DNA of 64,000 nt. It comes from Eledone cirrhosa (taxonomy: Eukaryota). A model generated the notes under the pieces. That model had not been told where the DNA came from. It saw only the letters and a list, made by a program, of their open reading frames with translations, and did not search any database. The stretch spans positions 117,180,001-117,244,000 of the forward strand of contig OZ024741.1 in the NCBI GenBank assembly GCA_964016885.1, written 5' to 3'. Shown piece after piece: positions 39,748-51,396 of this stretch. Made by a program: the position numbers and the translations under genes. Numbering within the stretch: the stretch's first letter is position 1; every line of letters starts with the position of its first letter.

Positions 39748-41886
39748 ATGTCGAACCTAAACAGTTCGAATAACGGTGAAATGGAGACTAGAATGTCATG
39801 TGACAGACTCTCACCCAACAGGTGCTCCCTGGCTCAGCAGCAGGGACCTGGCTGTCAACCAAATACTGCTGGTGTCGGAGGAAGAAGAAGAAGGAAAGGG
39901 ACCAGAACCAACTGGACGAAAGAATTGAATAGAACTGTTATGCAAAGTTACCTGAAGAGTAACCCCAAGAAGAAAGGCTATAGGAAACGGATGCATAACA
40001 TCTGGAACGAGATTGGTCTATTTAAATTAGATGAACAAAAATTGGCCGGGCAGGCTCGGGTAATAAGAACTAATGGGTGGATAAGCGAGCTGGAACTGGA
40101 GGAACTGAGCAGAGAGATTAGCTTGGAAATGGAGAGTGGAGTATGCCAGGCAAACGAGCCAGTGGGAAATGAAGGTGAAGAGGTCGAGAGAACGGAGGAA
40201 CCACCCGAAGCAGACAATGATCTGAATGCTGAGATAAATAATACCTGGAACAGAGATACGGCCACTGAGGAGATGAATGCTGACGGGCTAGGACAAGATT
40301 TGGTTGATATCCTAAACTTAGTGGTAGATGAATTGAACAATGATAGTGGGAAACCTATGACTATAAGATTTGTAGACAGGAAAAAGTTAAAAGAAACAAC
40401 AGCTAAGGTAAACAAAGTCATCCCATACCTTGAGACGAGGAGCCTTCACCAGTGCAACAATATCCTCAAAGCAACAGCAAATACGGTGAGTAAACTACTT
40501 GGTATAAAAGCGAGAGGAAACAACAAACAAGAAAGATCAGAGCCTTGGTGGAAGAAACGACTGAGTGGTCAAATCAGGGAAATGAGAAATGACATTGGAA
40601 AGCTTGAGTCCCTACTGAATGGGACACTAAAAAACATAGACACTAAAAATAGACTGGAAATAAAGTACAAAACTAGGAGGAAAAGGCTAAATATTATCAT
40701 AGAGAAACTGAAGCAACGCATTGTAGCAAAGAGTGCAAAAATCAGGCGATACGAGAACAGAGTCAGTCAGTATAGACAGAACCGCATGTTCGACAACAAC
40801 CAGAAGATGTTGTTTGGACAGCTTGAGGGGAAAGAAAGAGGCAACGACTTGATCCCTGAGGCGGAACAAACTAAAACATTCTGGAGAGGAATATGGGAGC
40901 AGGATGTTAAACATAATGACCAGGCAGTGTGGATTGAGACAGTACAGAAGGAGATTAGTGAACAAGCACACCAACAAACTGACTTGAGTATCACAGTTGA
41001 AACTCTTAAGGGGCAGGCCAAAAAACTAACCAACTGGAAATCACCATGCCCAGATAGTGTGCAGGGGTATTGGATTAAAAATATAACATCCCTCCACTCG
41101 AAACTGACAACCATGCTCAATGACTGCTTGATGTCAGGTGAGGTACTAGAGTGGTTGACAAAAGGTACCACAGTTCTGATAATGAAAGACCGAATCAAGA
41201 GTAATGATGTTACCAACTATAGACCTATCACATATCTGTCCGTAATGTGGAAACTGTTGTCAAGCATTATGTCTGAGGAAATCTACCATCACCTCCACAC
41301 AAACAACTTGTTACCGGACGAACAGAAAGGATGCCGAAAGAAGTCACGTGGTACAAAGGACCAGTTACTTATTGATAAGATGGTAATGAGGAATTGCAAG
41401 AGGAGACACACTGGTCTTGCCATGGGATGGATAGACTACAAAAAGGCATTTGACATGGTTCCTCATTCTTGGATCACCAAAAGACTGGAGATCTTCAGGG
41501 TGGCAGATAACATCAGACAGTTGTTGGGCAAAAGTATGAAGTCCTGGGAAACAGAGTTAACATCAACTGGAGAATCCTTGGGAAGCGTGAAGATCAAGAG
41601 AGGTATCTTCCAGGGAGATAGTCTGTCCCCTCTGTTGTTTGTCCTTGCCCTGATGCCCCTGAGCATTGTACTGCGAAAAGTGAGAGCAGGATATAGGTTG
41701 GAAAAGGGAGGGCTTACCATCAATCACCTCCTCTTCATGGACGATCTTAAGCTCTTCGGGAAGAGTGAGAAGGAGTTGGATGTGCTTGTTGACACTGTCC
41801 GTATTTTCAGCAATGATATATGTATGCAATTTGGTATTAGTAAGTGTGGAGTCCTTGTGATGAAGAGGGGTAAATTGAGCAGAAGT
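39748..41886 (+). mobile_element. R4/Dong family A copy with intact N-terminus, 3'-truncated
   Basis: Open ORF from the ATG: Myb-like WTKELN..GYRKRMHNIW..EQKLAGQARVI, PWWKKRL, and RT through FMDD; breaks at 41886. Confidence 0.93.
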
Positions 41887-41982
41887 CCTGAAATTATCTA
41901 CGTTGTCCCCCTTGTTGAGGTCCTTTCTCAGCAGCGCCACCGCTCCTCGGCTCACATAACTGGGAATTCCCCCGTTCTGTTG
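41887..41982 (-). mobile_element. 96-bp Tx1 RT fragment
   Basis: About 90% match to 29527-29622 (QQNG.IPS.VSRGAVALLRKD.NKGDN.DNFR). Confidence 0.85.
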
Positions 41983-42561
41983 AAAAATATCCTCGCTTGG
42001 CCAATCCACGAGAGTATCTTAGTCAGCGTATGAACTATTCAGCCAACACTCGTATACAACAGGTAAATAAAATGTATGATTTATAGTGATAACTTTAATT
42101 TATAGTGATAATTTTAATAAGATATATATTTCTGTGTTTCATTTACTTATATGAGGTTTACATTTTCTGTAATTTCGTTATTGTTTGAAATGGTCAGCTA
42201 ACTGTGTGTGTGTATGTGTGTGTGAGTGTGTGATTATGTATGTGCGTATGTTTGTAGATATATCTATATATAAGTTGTATAAGTGTCTCTTGTGAGTGTG
42301 TGTGTATATATATATATTTCTCTCTCTCTCACTCTCTCTCTCACTCTCTCTCTCTCTCTCACTCTCTCTCCCTCCCTCTCTCTATCTCTCTCTCTATATA
42401 TATACATATCACACACAGATACACACTCACACACTCATACACACACACACAGACTCACACACGTGTGTGTGTGTGATTATGTATGTATGCATGATGCATG
42501 CGCGTATGTATATAGATATATAGATATATAGATAAATTGTATAAATATATATCTCTCTCTC

Positions 42562-42614
<53 letters not shown>

Positions 42615-42757
42615 ATATTTATATATACATATCACTCACACACTCACACACATACACATATATACATGGGTGTGTGCCTGTGTGTGATATATATATATAT
42701 ATATGGCAAGTAAGTATGTGTTGAAACAGTGAGCAGGTTTGAAATTAGAAAATAGAA

Positions 42758-42897
42758 TAGCTTTCACCGTATTTTTGACTAAAGGAATTTTAGCCTGATA
42801 ATGGGGTTTAGAACCCTCAGATAAATGGAAAAAGATGAGTATTGACGTACGTCAATACTCATCAAAATTCCTTTAGTAAAAAATACGGTGAAAGCTA
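42758..42897. repeat. Fold-back with 34-bp arms and an internal perfect 30-bp palindrome
   Basis: Arms 42758-42791 and 42864-42897; GATGAGTATTGACGTACGTCAATACTCATC at 42834-42863; degenerate CTGATAA-GGG..CCC core. Confidence 0.8.
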
Positions 42898-42947
42898 ATA
42901 TATATATATATATATATATATATCAAGAAACTTTGAAATTAGTTTAC

Positions 42948-43053
42948 CTTGGGATGTAGACGGAGTGGTTAACATATATGGCAAAGAACTTCCATACTGG
43001 ACGGTCAAAATGACCAGTCCAACAATACTGAGCAATTGTGTTGGCATCCTCAT
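42948..43053 (-). CDS. Exon 1 (signal peptide) of secreted 3xVWA protein
   Basis: ATG at 43053 gives MRMPTQLLSIVGLVILTVQYGSSLPYMLTTPSTSQ with a hydrophobic N-terminus. The CAAG|GTAAAC donor is phase 1 and matches the next acceptor. A TATA/Inr pair lies just upstream. Confidence 0.8.
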
Positions 43054-43078
43054 TGTTACCAAATCAGAATATCCTACT

Positions 43079-43116
43079 AAACTGACAGAACAACTCACAA
43101 GCGATCTGGTTATAAA
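43079..43116 (-). promoter_or_regulatory. Core promoter of the VWA gene: TATA box plus Inr
   Basis: Minus-strand TTTATAA, with TATAA starting at 43114, lies 31 nt upstream of the A of TCAGTT (Inr consensus TCAKTY; A at 43083). That A is 30 nt before the ATG. Confidence 0.65.
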
Positions 43117-43386
43117 CGCTCAGAACAAACAGAAAACATCGACCTTGAAGTGTTATAATCGCTTTAATAGATAGCTTGATGTCTGTTGTGGATATATTTT
43201 TGGTGATAAGAAAAATACAGATTAAAAGTTTTTAAAAAAAGAGACGTTAAATATCTAATACTGATTGAGTGTGTAATATGCACAGATGTAGATGGATGTA
43301 AAATGTAGGCGGGAACTGCACTCATAGACATCTACTACGTAGATAAACATATAACAAATATGGTAATCAACAGATTATTTTTAAGA

Positions 43387-43462
<76 letters not shown>

Positions 43463-43502
43463 TTTTGCGAGGTTTTTGATATGAAATCATGTGTCGAAAC
43501 AA

Positions 43503-45141
43503 ATATTATTATACTTGGGGAGGGTCATATTTGTGTAATATTGCCAGAATTAATAACAGAACACACTCACTGTTTGGTTGGTTTTCGCTTCTGTGTCTTT
43601 TATATCGGTTAATTTAATTTATTCGGTCCTCAATGTTACCATTGACTGACCAACGGTAAAAAATACAGATACAATATAGACACAAACACATATATATAGT
43701 CTATCAAAGTTCTTTCGTTGCACATCTGCAACATCGTCAGTGGTGCTTTATGTTTCCTCCCGTTGCATTGTATGCCTACGCCATCTTTATTTAGTTTGTT
43801 TATTTATTTATTTATTTGTTTATTTTTTGTCTTCTCTGCGCATGCGTTTGCGTGTGTGTATAGTGTTTTGTTTGATGTGTGTTCGTGTTTGGGTGACTGT
43901 GTATTGGTTAATGTATTCTATCTTAGTTTACTAGTGCGTGTTTATATGTTTGTTGTTATTGTGCTTGTGTATGTATTTCTTTATTTCTTTATTTCTTTAT
44001 TTCTTTCTTTATTTATTTATACTTTTCTTAGGTCAGTGTTGTTTGTTTGGGTGTTGTTGTTATTCCATTCATTTTTTCTGTTTAGCCTTGGCCTTCTAAG
44101 TTCTATTTCCCTGGCCTCTCTGATTTGCCTATCTGCTGGGTCATTTCTATGTTTAGATATTATTCTAACTTCTATGTTGTCTGTGTTACCGTTGTGTGGT
44201 TGTCTGGCATGTTCGTATAGTACTGAACCGTTTTTTCGTCCTTTTAGTTCCCCAGTGTTAGTCTATCCTTTCACGTATGCTACGAGCTGTCTCGCCTATG
44301 TATGTTGTTGTCATGTTTCTGCAAGTACCCTCTGTACATCTTATGCTATAGACTACATTTCTAGTTTTACAGTTTATCCGGGGGTTTACTTTACATATGA
44401 TACATTTCCTATTAGTACAGTGGGTTTTCTTAAAAGGGTAGGTTTTGCTGATCAGGGATTTTATGTTGGTTCCTGGCTTTTCTACCACCTTAATCTTTAA
44501 GTGGGTCTTTCTCAGGGCCTTTCTACACTGGTTAGCTAATTTCCCTTCAGGGGTAGCGTCCAGAAACATGACACTCTGGTATCTCTAGCTGTCGTACCAT
44601 GAGGTGGCTTTCCCTATCTTATGTCGAGTCCTATCTAAGCTATTCCATGATTTGCTCCTGTATAATGGGCAAATTCCTTTCATGTCCAGTTCTATGAGGG
44701 TCTTATACTTCTCCGTGGCTCCTTCGTATACTCTGATTCTGTCTCTTTGGTTGTAGCCAGAGAACTGCATGCGGTTGATGAAGTGTTGGATGTGTCTTTC
44801 CATTTCTGTTGGGTCGCACATGTGGGACACGTTCTTCATCACTCGTACCAAGTCTGCGATCAGAATATTAAACTTAGCACTACTGGACATTGCTGAGTTT
44901 TTGAGTATCAGGTATTTGGAGGCCATGGGTTTAGCATAGTGTGAGTGGAGAATTTGGGCTCTCTCGTCTATAGTGTTAATCCAGAGTTCCGTGTCTAATA
45001 CAGGTAGTCTATTGTTAGGGTGTTTGGAAGGGTAGTCGATAGTTACAGTTATACTCACAAGAGAAAACCAACCAAACAATGAGTGTGTTCTGTTATTAAT
45101 TCTGTAAATATTATTACACAAATATGACCCTCCCCAAGTAT

Positions 45142-45148
<7 letters not shown>
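43503..45148 (-). mobile_element. Penelope-like element, 5'-truncated, with ~80-bp inverted copy of its 3' terminus
   Basis: VTIDYPSKHP..LDT..MQFSGY..CTNRKCIIC..VVYSIRC..YIGETARS; terminal inverted repeats 43508-43586 and 45063-45148; lies in (TA)n. Confidence 0.9.
43703..43744 (-). ncRNA. Minimal hammerhead ribozyme (Penelope pLTR)
   Basis: CTGACGA-t-GTTGCA(GATG)TGCAAC-GAAA-GAAC-TT; weak stem I; degenerate homolog at 5762-5805. Confidence 0.65.
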
Positions 45149-45215
<67 letters not shown>

Positions 45216-45477
45216 ATTTATAAGTATGTATGTGTATATATATATATGCATATACATATACATGCATATACATATATAAACATGCATATACATATATGTA
45301 CATACATATACATATATATCCACATACACGCGCCCATGTATATAAATACATTTATAGGCGTGTGTATGTGTTTTGTTTTTATCTACTAATTCGTACACTT
45401 TAATGAGGTTGTTGGGAGAACAACATATGCCCAGAGATGAGCTGTTGCTGTTGCTGCTGTTACTGCTGCTGCTGCTG

Positions 45478-45510
<33 letters not shown>

Positions 45511-45558
45511 TTGCTACTACTACTACTACTACTACTACTACTATTACTACTACTACTG

Positions 45559-45589
<31 letters not shown>

Positions 45590-46020
45590 AAATTACTCTA
45601 TTGGCTAAGCACAGCAGCAAAATCTACCCCAAGTCACGCCGTACCATTTTAAACTCCTTTAATTAAGGTAGGGTCTATTATATAGCATTGTCTTCGTTGT
45701 ACAATTTCTGAAGATATGCAGGATTATCAGGGCTGGAACGCCGATGATCAAGGGTCAAGGGTCAGTCTAGATCTGGATATAAACCACAGCATCTAAATGT
45801 AATTGTGTAGACAGCGAAATGTCCAATGAGTCTAGAGTGCTTGAATGGAGGTAAAATGAGATCAACCAGATCAGAGAAGAGGAGGCCACTGCAATAAAGG
45901 TAGAAATGGCAGTGAAATGAGGCAGTACGACTGTTGACTGCTTCAATAAGTTTTTGTGTAAATAGTTATGCTTGAATGTGGTATCTTGTGAGTGTGTAAT
46001 GTAGTATGTGTAATGCGACT

Positions 46021-46300
46021 GTCCATTAGCTGTGAAATTGTGAAGGTCTATCTAAAGTGCGTTTTATAAGTCTATTATATCTAAAGTAGGTCTTATAAGT
46101 GATATCTAGTATATGTCATTAGATGTGAAATTGTGAAGGTCTATCTAAAGTGCGTTTTATAAGTCTATTATATCTAAATTGCGTCTTATAAGTCTATTAT
46201 ATCTAAAGTGGGTCTTATAAGTGATATCTAGTATATGTCATTAGATGTGAAATTGTGAAGGTCTATCTAAATTGCGTCTTATAAGTGATATCTAGTTTAT
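46021..46300. repeat. Minisatellite (~95-bp unit built from ~29-bp subunits)
   Basis: cattagatgtgaaattgtgaaggtctatctaaa..ttataagt repeated 3 times. Confidence 0.8.
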
Positions 46301-46959
46301 ATAAAGATATTTAATGTCAGTGCCAATCTAGATTGGTGTTTAGTTCACGCCCTGTTATGTGTTGGCTTAGTGTGGGTGGACTTTCTACAACGGGTTATTA
46401 TGACTTTGTCAAGACGTGTGTCTCTATTTTAGCAATGTCGGTCCAGCTATTTAGGTAGCTACAAGATTTATTAAATACTTGCAAATATGTATGCATTATT
46501 CACTGTATAAAGTTAGCATTTTCTTACTCCATATCTATATGGATTTCATTTTTCAAGTGCATTCTACCTGACATCGTAAGACAGTGCCAGATATCACCGC
46601 CATATGTAGTCTATGAATTAGGGAGCTGCACTCTTTGTCCACAAATCCAAGTTTAGTCATACTTTGGTCCAAGCGGGTTGGTATATAACCTGTAGCTCCA
46701 ATAATAATGGGTATGAAGCTGAAAGTGTATCTTGGATACTTGATCTACAAACTCCTCTTCAATGGTCCGGTATGTATGTATGTATGTATGTATGTATGTA
46801 TGTATGTATGTATGTATGTATGTATGTATGTATGTATGTATGTGTGTATGCATGTATGCATGTGTGTATGTATGTCTTTGGAACCAGGTGGGGAATTAGA
46901 AAAGTGACACAAATTGCAGTACACATAGCATGTGTTCTGTCTATTCTCTTATAGTCCTG

Positions 46960-47460
46960 TGAGATATACGTTGTCTAACACAGACACATTAAACTCATCG
47001 AACGCTGGGGATACACCCCAGCGTTGTCTGTGTGACATTCTCGGAGTTCACTGAAGTACACATACAGCAGGTACGGAAGTATTACAAAATGTAGGAAAAG
47101 TCAACAGTGAAGCTCACATTCACTAGCACCGACATCGATGAGAAGGCCTTGTTGTTAGATCTGATGACAGTAGAATCCCAAAGCAAGTCCTTTATGGTGA
47201 GTTAATACCTAGCGCAAGTCCACAACACAAACCAAAGCTACGTTTCAAGGATTGGGAGAAGATTCCATAACACAGTCTAATATTGACCCGTCTTGCTGGG
47301 AGGTCATAGTATTATATAGAATCAAGTGGTGTATTACTATATCTAATTATGTAAGACTTTTTTCGGGAACATGATAGGGAGTGGACTGACATTCATCGTA
47401 CAGCTTCGAAGGCCAACACGTGGATACGTATGTATCTCAGTTTGTATGCAATGTATGTGA
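46960..47460 (+). mobile_element. Old RTE LINE 3' fragment
   Basis: QRCLCDILGV and DSRIPKQVLYGEL..KPKLRFKD motifs. Confidence 0.7.
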
Positions 47461-48282
47461 CCTACAGGACCGTAATCAAATACCCCAAAGTATTTTACCC
47501 GATTCTCTAACAGTTGTCACTCCATTAACCTCAATGAGAAGGAAATTAGTATTTATTCTATTGGGGTTATTAAACAGGAGTTCAGTATTTGATATTTCTA
47601 ACGTTTATGAGCTCGAGCATGCTTTCTGGCCTTTTGTAATTATTAGTATAAATAAAAAAAAATGTGAAACAAGTTGTTGCTTAGCCCCAAATCAGCCCTG
47701 ATCAAACAGATTTTTGATCAAAGCTTTTCAGCTATAGTATATCTAGGACTACATTATCAAATATCTTCTTCATTGTATTAAAACGTTGGTAGGGTGCTTT
47801 TTTACGTGAATATAACTGCTATTTCTAGCAAATCGAGCGACCATGTAGATGTTCCCTTACTGGCTCGTGTAATATACTAAGGGATGATTCAATCCCTTAG
47901 TATATTCAATGCCACTCTCCCTAGGAACATGTGACGAATCAAAAGTCATAAATATTCATGAGTTTGAGAAAGTTTTTATTTATTTCTTCATTTTTAATAT
48001 AGAAATAAGTATACATTTTATCTATATTTTTATGAAAGTTTTAAAAAGCAAAACTATATTTCACTATAGCATAAAAGACACCGAGGTGATCTCCCTTTTA
48101 AATCTGGTTGTATCTGACAGTCTGCAATAAGAACCTTCTCCACGGGAGAATGTAAGGGACATAACTTTAAGATGTGTCTTAATAGTAATCTACCTTGGTT
48201 ATGCAGTGCCGACTCCAATAATGCTGCAAATAGATTATATATATATATAATAGATAACATGGCTCAATTAATGATATTATTT

Positions 48283-48497
48283 ACACACCTAACAGCAAAT
48301 AATTGTTTCTACTTTAGGCACAAGGCCAGCAATTATCCAGTGCATTACTGGTACTTTATTTTATCGACCCCGTAAGGATGAGAGGTTGACTTTGCCTTTC
48401 ATCCTTACGGGGTCGATAAAATAAAGTACCAGTAATGCACTGGATAATTGCTGGCCTTGTGCCTAAAGTAGAAACAATTATTTGCTGTTAGGTGTGT
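48283..48497. repeat. Perfect 99-bp-arm palindrome made of a SINE 3' half
   Basis: 48283-48381 is the exact reverse complement of 48399-48497; 17-nt spacer. Confidence 0.92.
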
Positions 48498-48754
48498 TTA
48501 TATTATTATCTATCAATATAAGGAAAAGGTATGAAAACCCGATTTGCTAACTTCCTCAAAATGAAGTTGTTACTTGAAGGGAACACAAACATCCATTTGT
48601 ATTTCCGAACGATATCCAGTTTTGTTAAGGCGGCAGATTAGCAGAATGGTTAGAAAGTCGTTGGATATAATGCTTTGCTGTAATCGTTTCGGCTTTTTGC
48701 GTTCTTAGTTCAAATCCTAATGAGTTCATAAATAAAATATCAGTTCAGTCCTCA

Positions 48755-49020
48755 TAGTTGTAGGAGTGTTGGACGTACGATCACAATGCGTGGGTACTAT
48801 TCCTGGGCTGGGTTGCATATTGTATTCTTGAGCAAAACCGTTCATTTCACGTTGCTCGAGTATACTCAGCTGAAAATGAGTACCAACAATAGCTGTGTGT
48901 TTAACCCTGAGATGGACTGGCGTTCTATCCAGCGGTGGGAGTCTTGCATTTCGGACGCTTTATGCCACGAAACCGGGATAAGCATCGGCATAAGAAGCCT
49001 TCTGGCTTGATACAGACTTT
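48755..49020 (+). mobile_element. SINE with V-domain-like motif
   Basis: ttcttgagcaaaacc..aaatgagtacc..ccctgagatggactggcgttctatccag. Confidence 0.55.
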
Positions 49021-49559
49021 AGTCCACAAAGCCGCGAATTCAATTTCTTAGTTATTCAGCCATACCTACGTCCAATCAATCATGACTTATATATTAGGAC
49101 TTTTCAATCACTGTTAACCTTTAGCAAAAACAACAAGGTTCTCTTTTATTTTAGGTCTTTCAATATTTCATTCTTTGCATTTTGATCTTTTATTTAGAAT
49201 ATTTAATACATTCTTGGCTGGACAGTATTAAGCGTTAATTGTTGGCTATCAATTGGACTGGTTTCTTTTGTATATTTCTCGTTTACTGGTCGATACTCAC
49301 TGCTATCACTCACTCACCTATGGCGAGAGGAACCACAGAATATGATAAATTATGGGATTATAAATACCCCAGAGCATTATCTATCCGGTGTTTGTTTTTT
49401 TATTTTATTCTTTTACAATTACATTTGTGCTGGTATATTGTGTAGGTACATGTGTGCATAAGCTATTACTATTCACCCATGATACATGCACAGACAATGT
49501 AGAAGAACGCTTTCTGGTGTGCGAAACACTAAGTGCATACTGTAACGTGGTCCCAACCC

Positions 49560-49930
49560 GAAAAATGGAGAAAGCATTACTCCGGAAGATAGCGAGTGAG
49601 GCTCTTTGAAAAAGCCATTCCAGCATACAGGACTTACCCTTGCGGATAGACAACTCCGCCTCGATAGCAGTGAGTGGGTAAGTTTCCACCGCTATAGGTT
49701 TAAAGACAAACCTATTGAAAAACGACTGATATTTCAACAGCTTGCGATCTTCAGTTTGCCAGGTAACTAAAACATGGTTTTGTCACTGAATGCACCACGT
49801 TCTCAGAGGAGAAAGTGTCACTACATATCGCATCTCAGATGGGAGCTTATCACCACGGAACTGGAAGATTGTGATGCCATCTGGACTTTTGCCGGCTTCT
49901 CGATATAACCTCGCCACCTCAACTTGCGAA
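49560..49930 (-). mobile_element. CRE-clade non-LTR RLE fragment
   Basis: GKSPDGITIF..FKPIAVET..WLFQRASLAIFRSNAFSI. Confidence 0.65.
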
Positions 49931-50169
49931 GGGCTAGGATAAGTGTTAGTGCAGGTAAAAACAACATTTAGGAATATCAACTGTTTTTGCATTCTAAATT
50001 ATCCATATGTAAAATAAGGAAAGTTGTGGTTCGCTGTTACAAAATTTCACTGCGTCAAACAGGCAGCTCCAGTGTGTGAAGCCTGTATACTAAAAGATAT
50101 TTGATATATATAAGAAGCATGAAGATTTAAAAACATTCGTATATATTATTATTAACCTCTGCTTAATTT

Positions 50170-50510
50170 GAAATCAGAAGGCAAAACAAAAGTAACTCTA
50201 TGCTGCAAAGTATGTTATCCGACACTCTACCGATACTGCCAATCTACCGCCCTCATCCGTGTTAATAGTATCAACAGATACTATTAACATTCACAGTAGG
50301 GTGGTGTTTATTGCTAAAATTGGTAGAGCGTCAGATAAAACGCATTGTGATATTTATGCTGGCTCTTAACATTCTACATTCAACTCTCGCCGAGGTCAAT
50401 TCTGCCTTTCAGAATTGACCTCGGCGTTGATAAAATAAAGTTCAAGTCAAATCATCAACTTTATCCCCTGCCCCGACCATGTTGGCCCTGTGTTTATATT
50501 AAGAAACATT
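50170..50510. mobile_element. Two head-to-head SINE remnants
   Basis: tRNA heads at 50170-50252 (-) and 50298-50510 (+). Confidence 0.6.
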
Positions 50511-50654
50511 AATGGAAGTTAACGGAATCAAAAAATATTTGGATATGAACAAAAAACAAAACAAAAACAAAAACAAGCCAAAAAACCCCAGTATAACGCC
50601 TCTGTCAATAGCAGATAAGAGGGGATTTTACTACTGTATGTGTGTGTGTATGTG

Positions 50655-50762
50655 TCGGTCTGTCTGTCTCTTTGTCTGTCTGTCTGTCTGTCCCTCTGTC
50701 TGTCTCTCTCTCTGTCTGTATGTCTCTCTCTATGTCTCTCTGTCTGTCTCTCTGTCTGTCTC

Positions 50763-50817
<55 letters not shown>

Positions 50818-50860
50818 GTATGTCTCTCTCTATGTCTCTCTGTCTGTCTCTCTGTCTGTC

Positions 50861-50895
<35 letters not shown>

Positions 50896-51218
50896 GTATG
50901 TCTCTCTCTATGTCTCTCTGTCTGTCTCTCTGTCTGTCTGTCTGTCTCTCTGTCTGTCTCTCTGTCTCTCTCTCTCTGTCTGTCTCTCTGTCTGTCTGTC
51001 TGTATGTCTCTCTCTATGTCTCTCTGTCTGTCTCTCTGTCTGTCTGTCTGTCTCTCTGTCTGTCTCTCTGTCTGTCTGTCTCTCTGTCTCTCTCTCTGTC
51101 TCTCTCCCTGTCTGTATGTCTCTCTCTCTGTCTCTCTGTCTGTCTGTCTCTCTCTCTGTCTGTCTCTCTGTCTGTCTGTCTCTCTGTCTGTCTCTCTGTC
51201 TCTCTCTCTGCCTGTCTC

Positions 51219-51253
<35 letters not shown>

Positions 51254-51308
51254 GTCTGTCTTTCTGTCTCTCTCTCTGTCTGTCTCTCTGTCTCTCTGTC
51301 TGTCTCTC

Positions 51309-51341
<33 letters not shown>

Positions 51342-51396
51342 CTCTGTCTGTATATATGTCTGTCTGTCTGTCTGTCTGTCTCCCTGTCTGTCTGTC
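50655..51396. repeat. Compound (TCTG)n/(TC)n microsatellite, ~740 bp
   Basis: Direct inspection; abuts the Tx1 5' end. Confidence 0.95.

Noticed and set aside
43718-44500. 260-aa hydrophobic ORF resembling a membrane protein
   Set aside because: Antisense to the A-rich 3' region of a Penelope element.
45610-45960. Possible old LINE endonuclease fragment on the minus strand
   Set aside because: Motifs too degraded to support a call.
46021-46300. CRISPR-like repeat spacing
   Set aside because: Eukaryotic minisatellite with no unique spacers and no cas genes.
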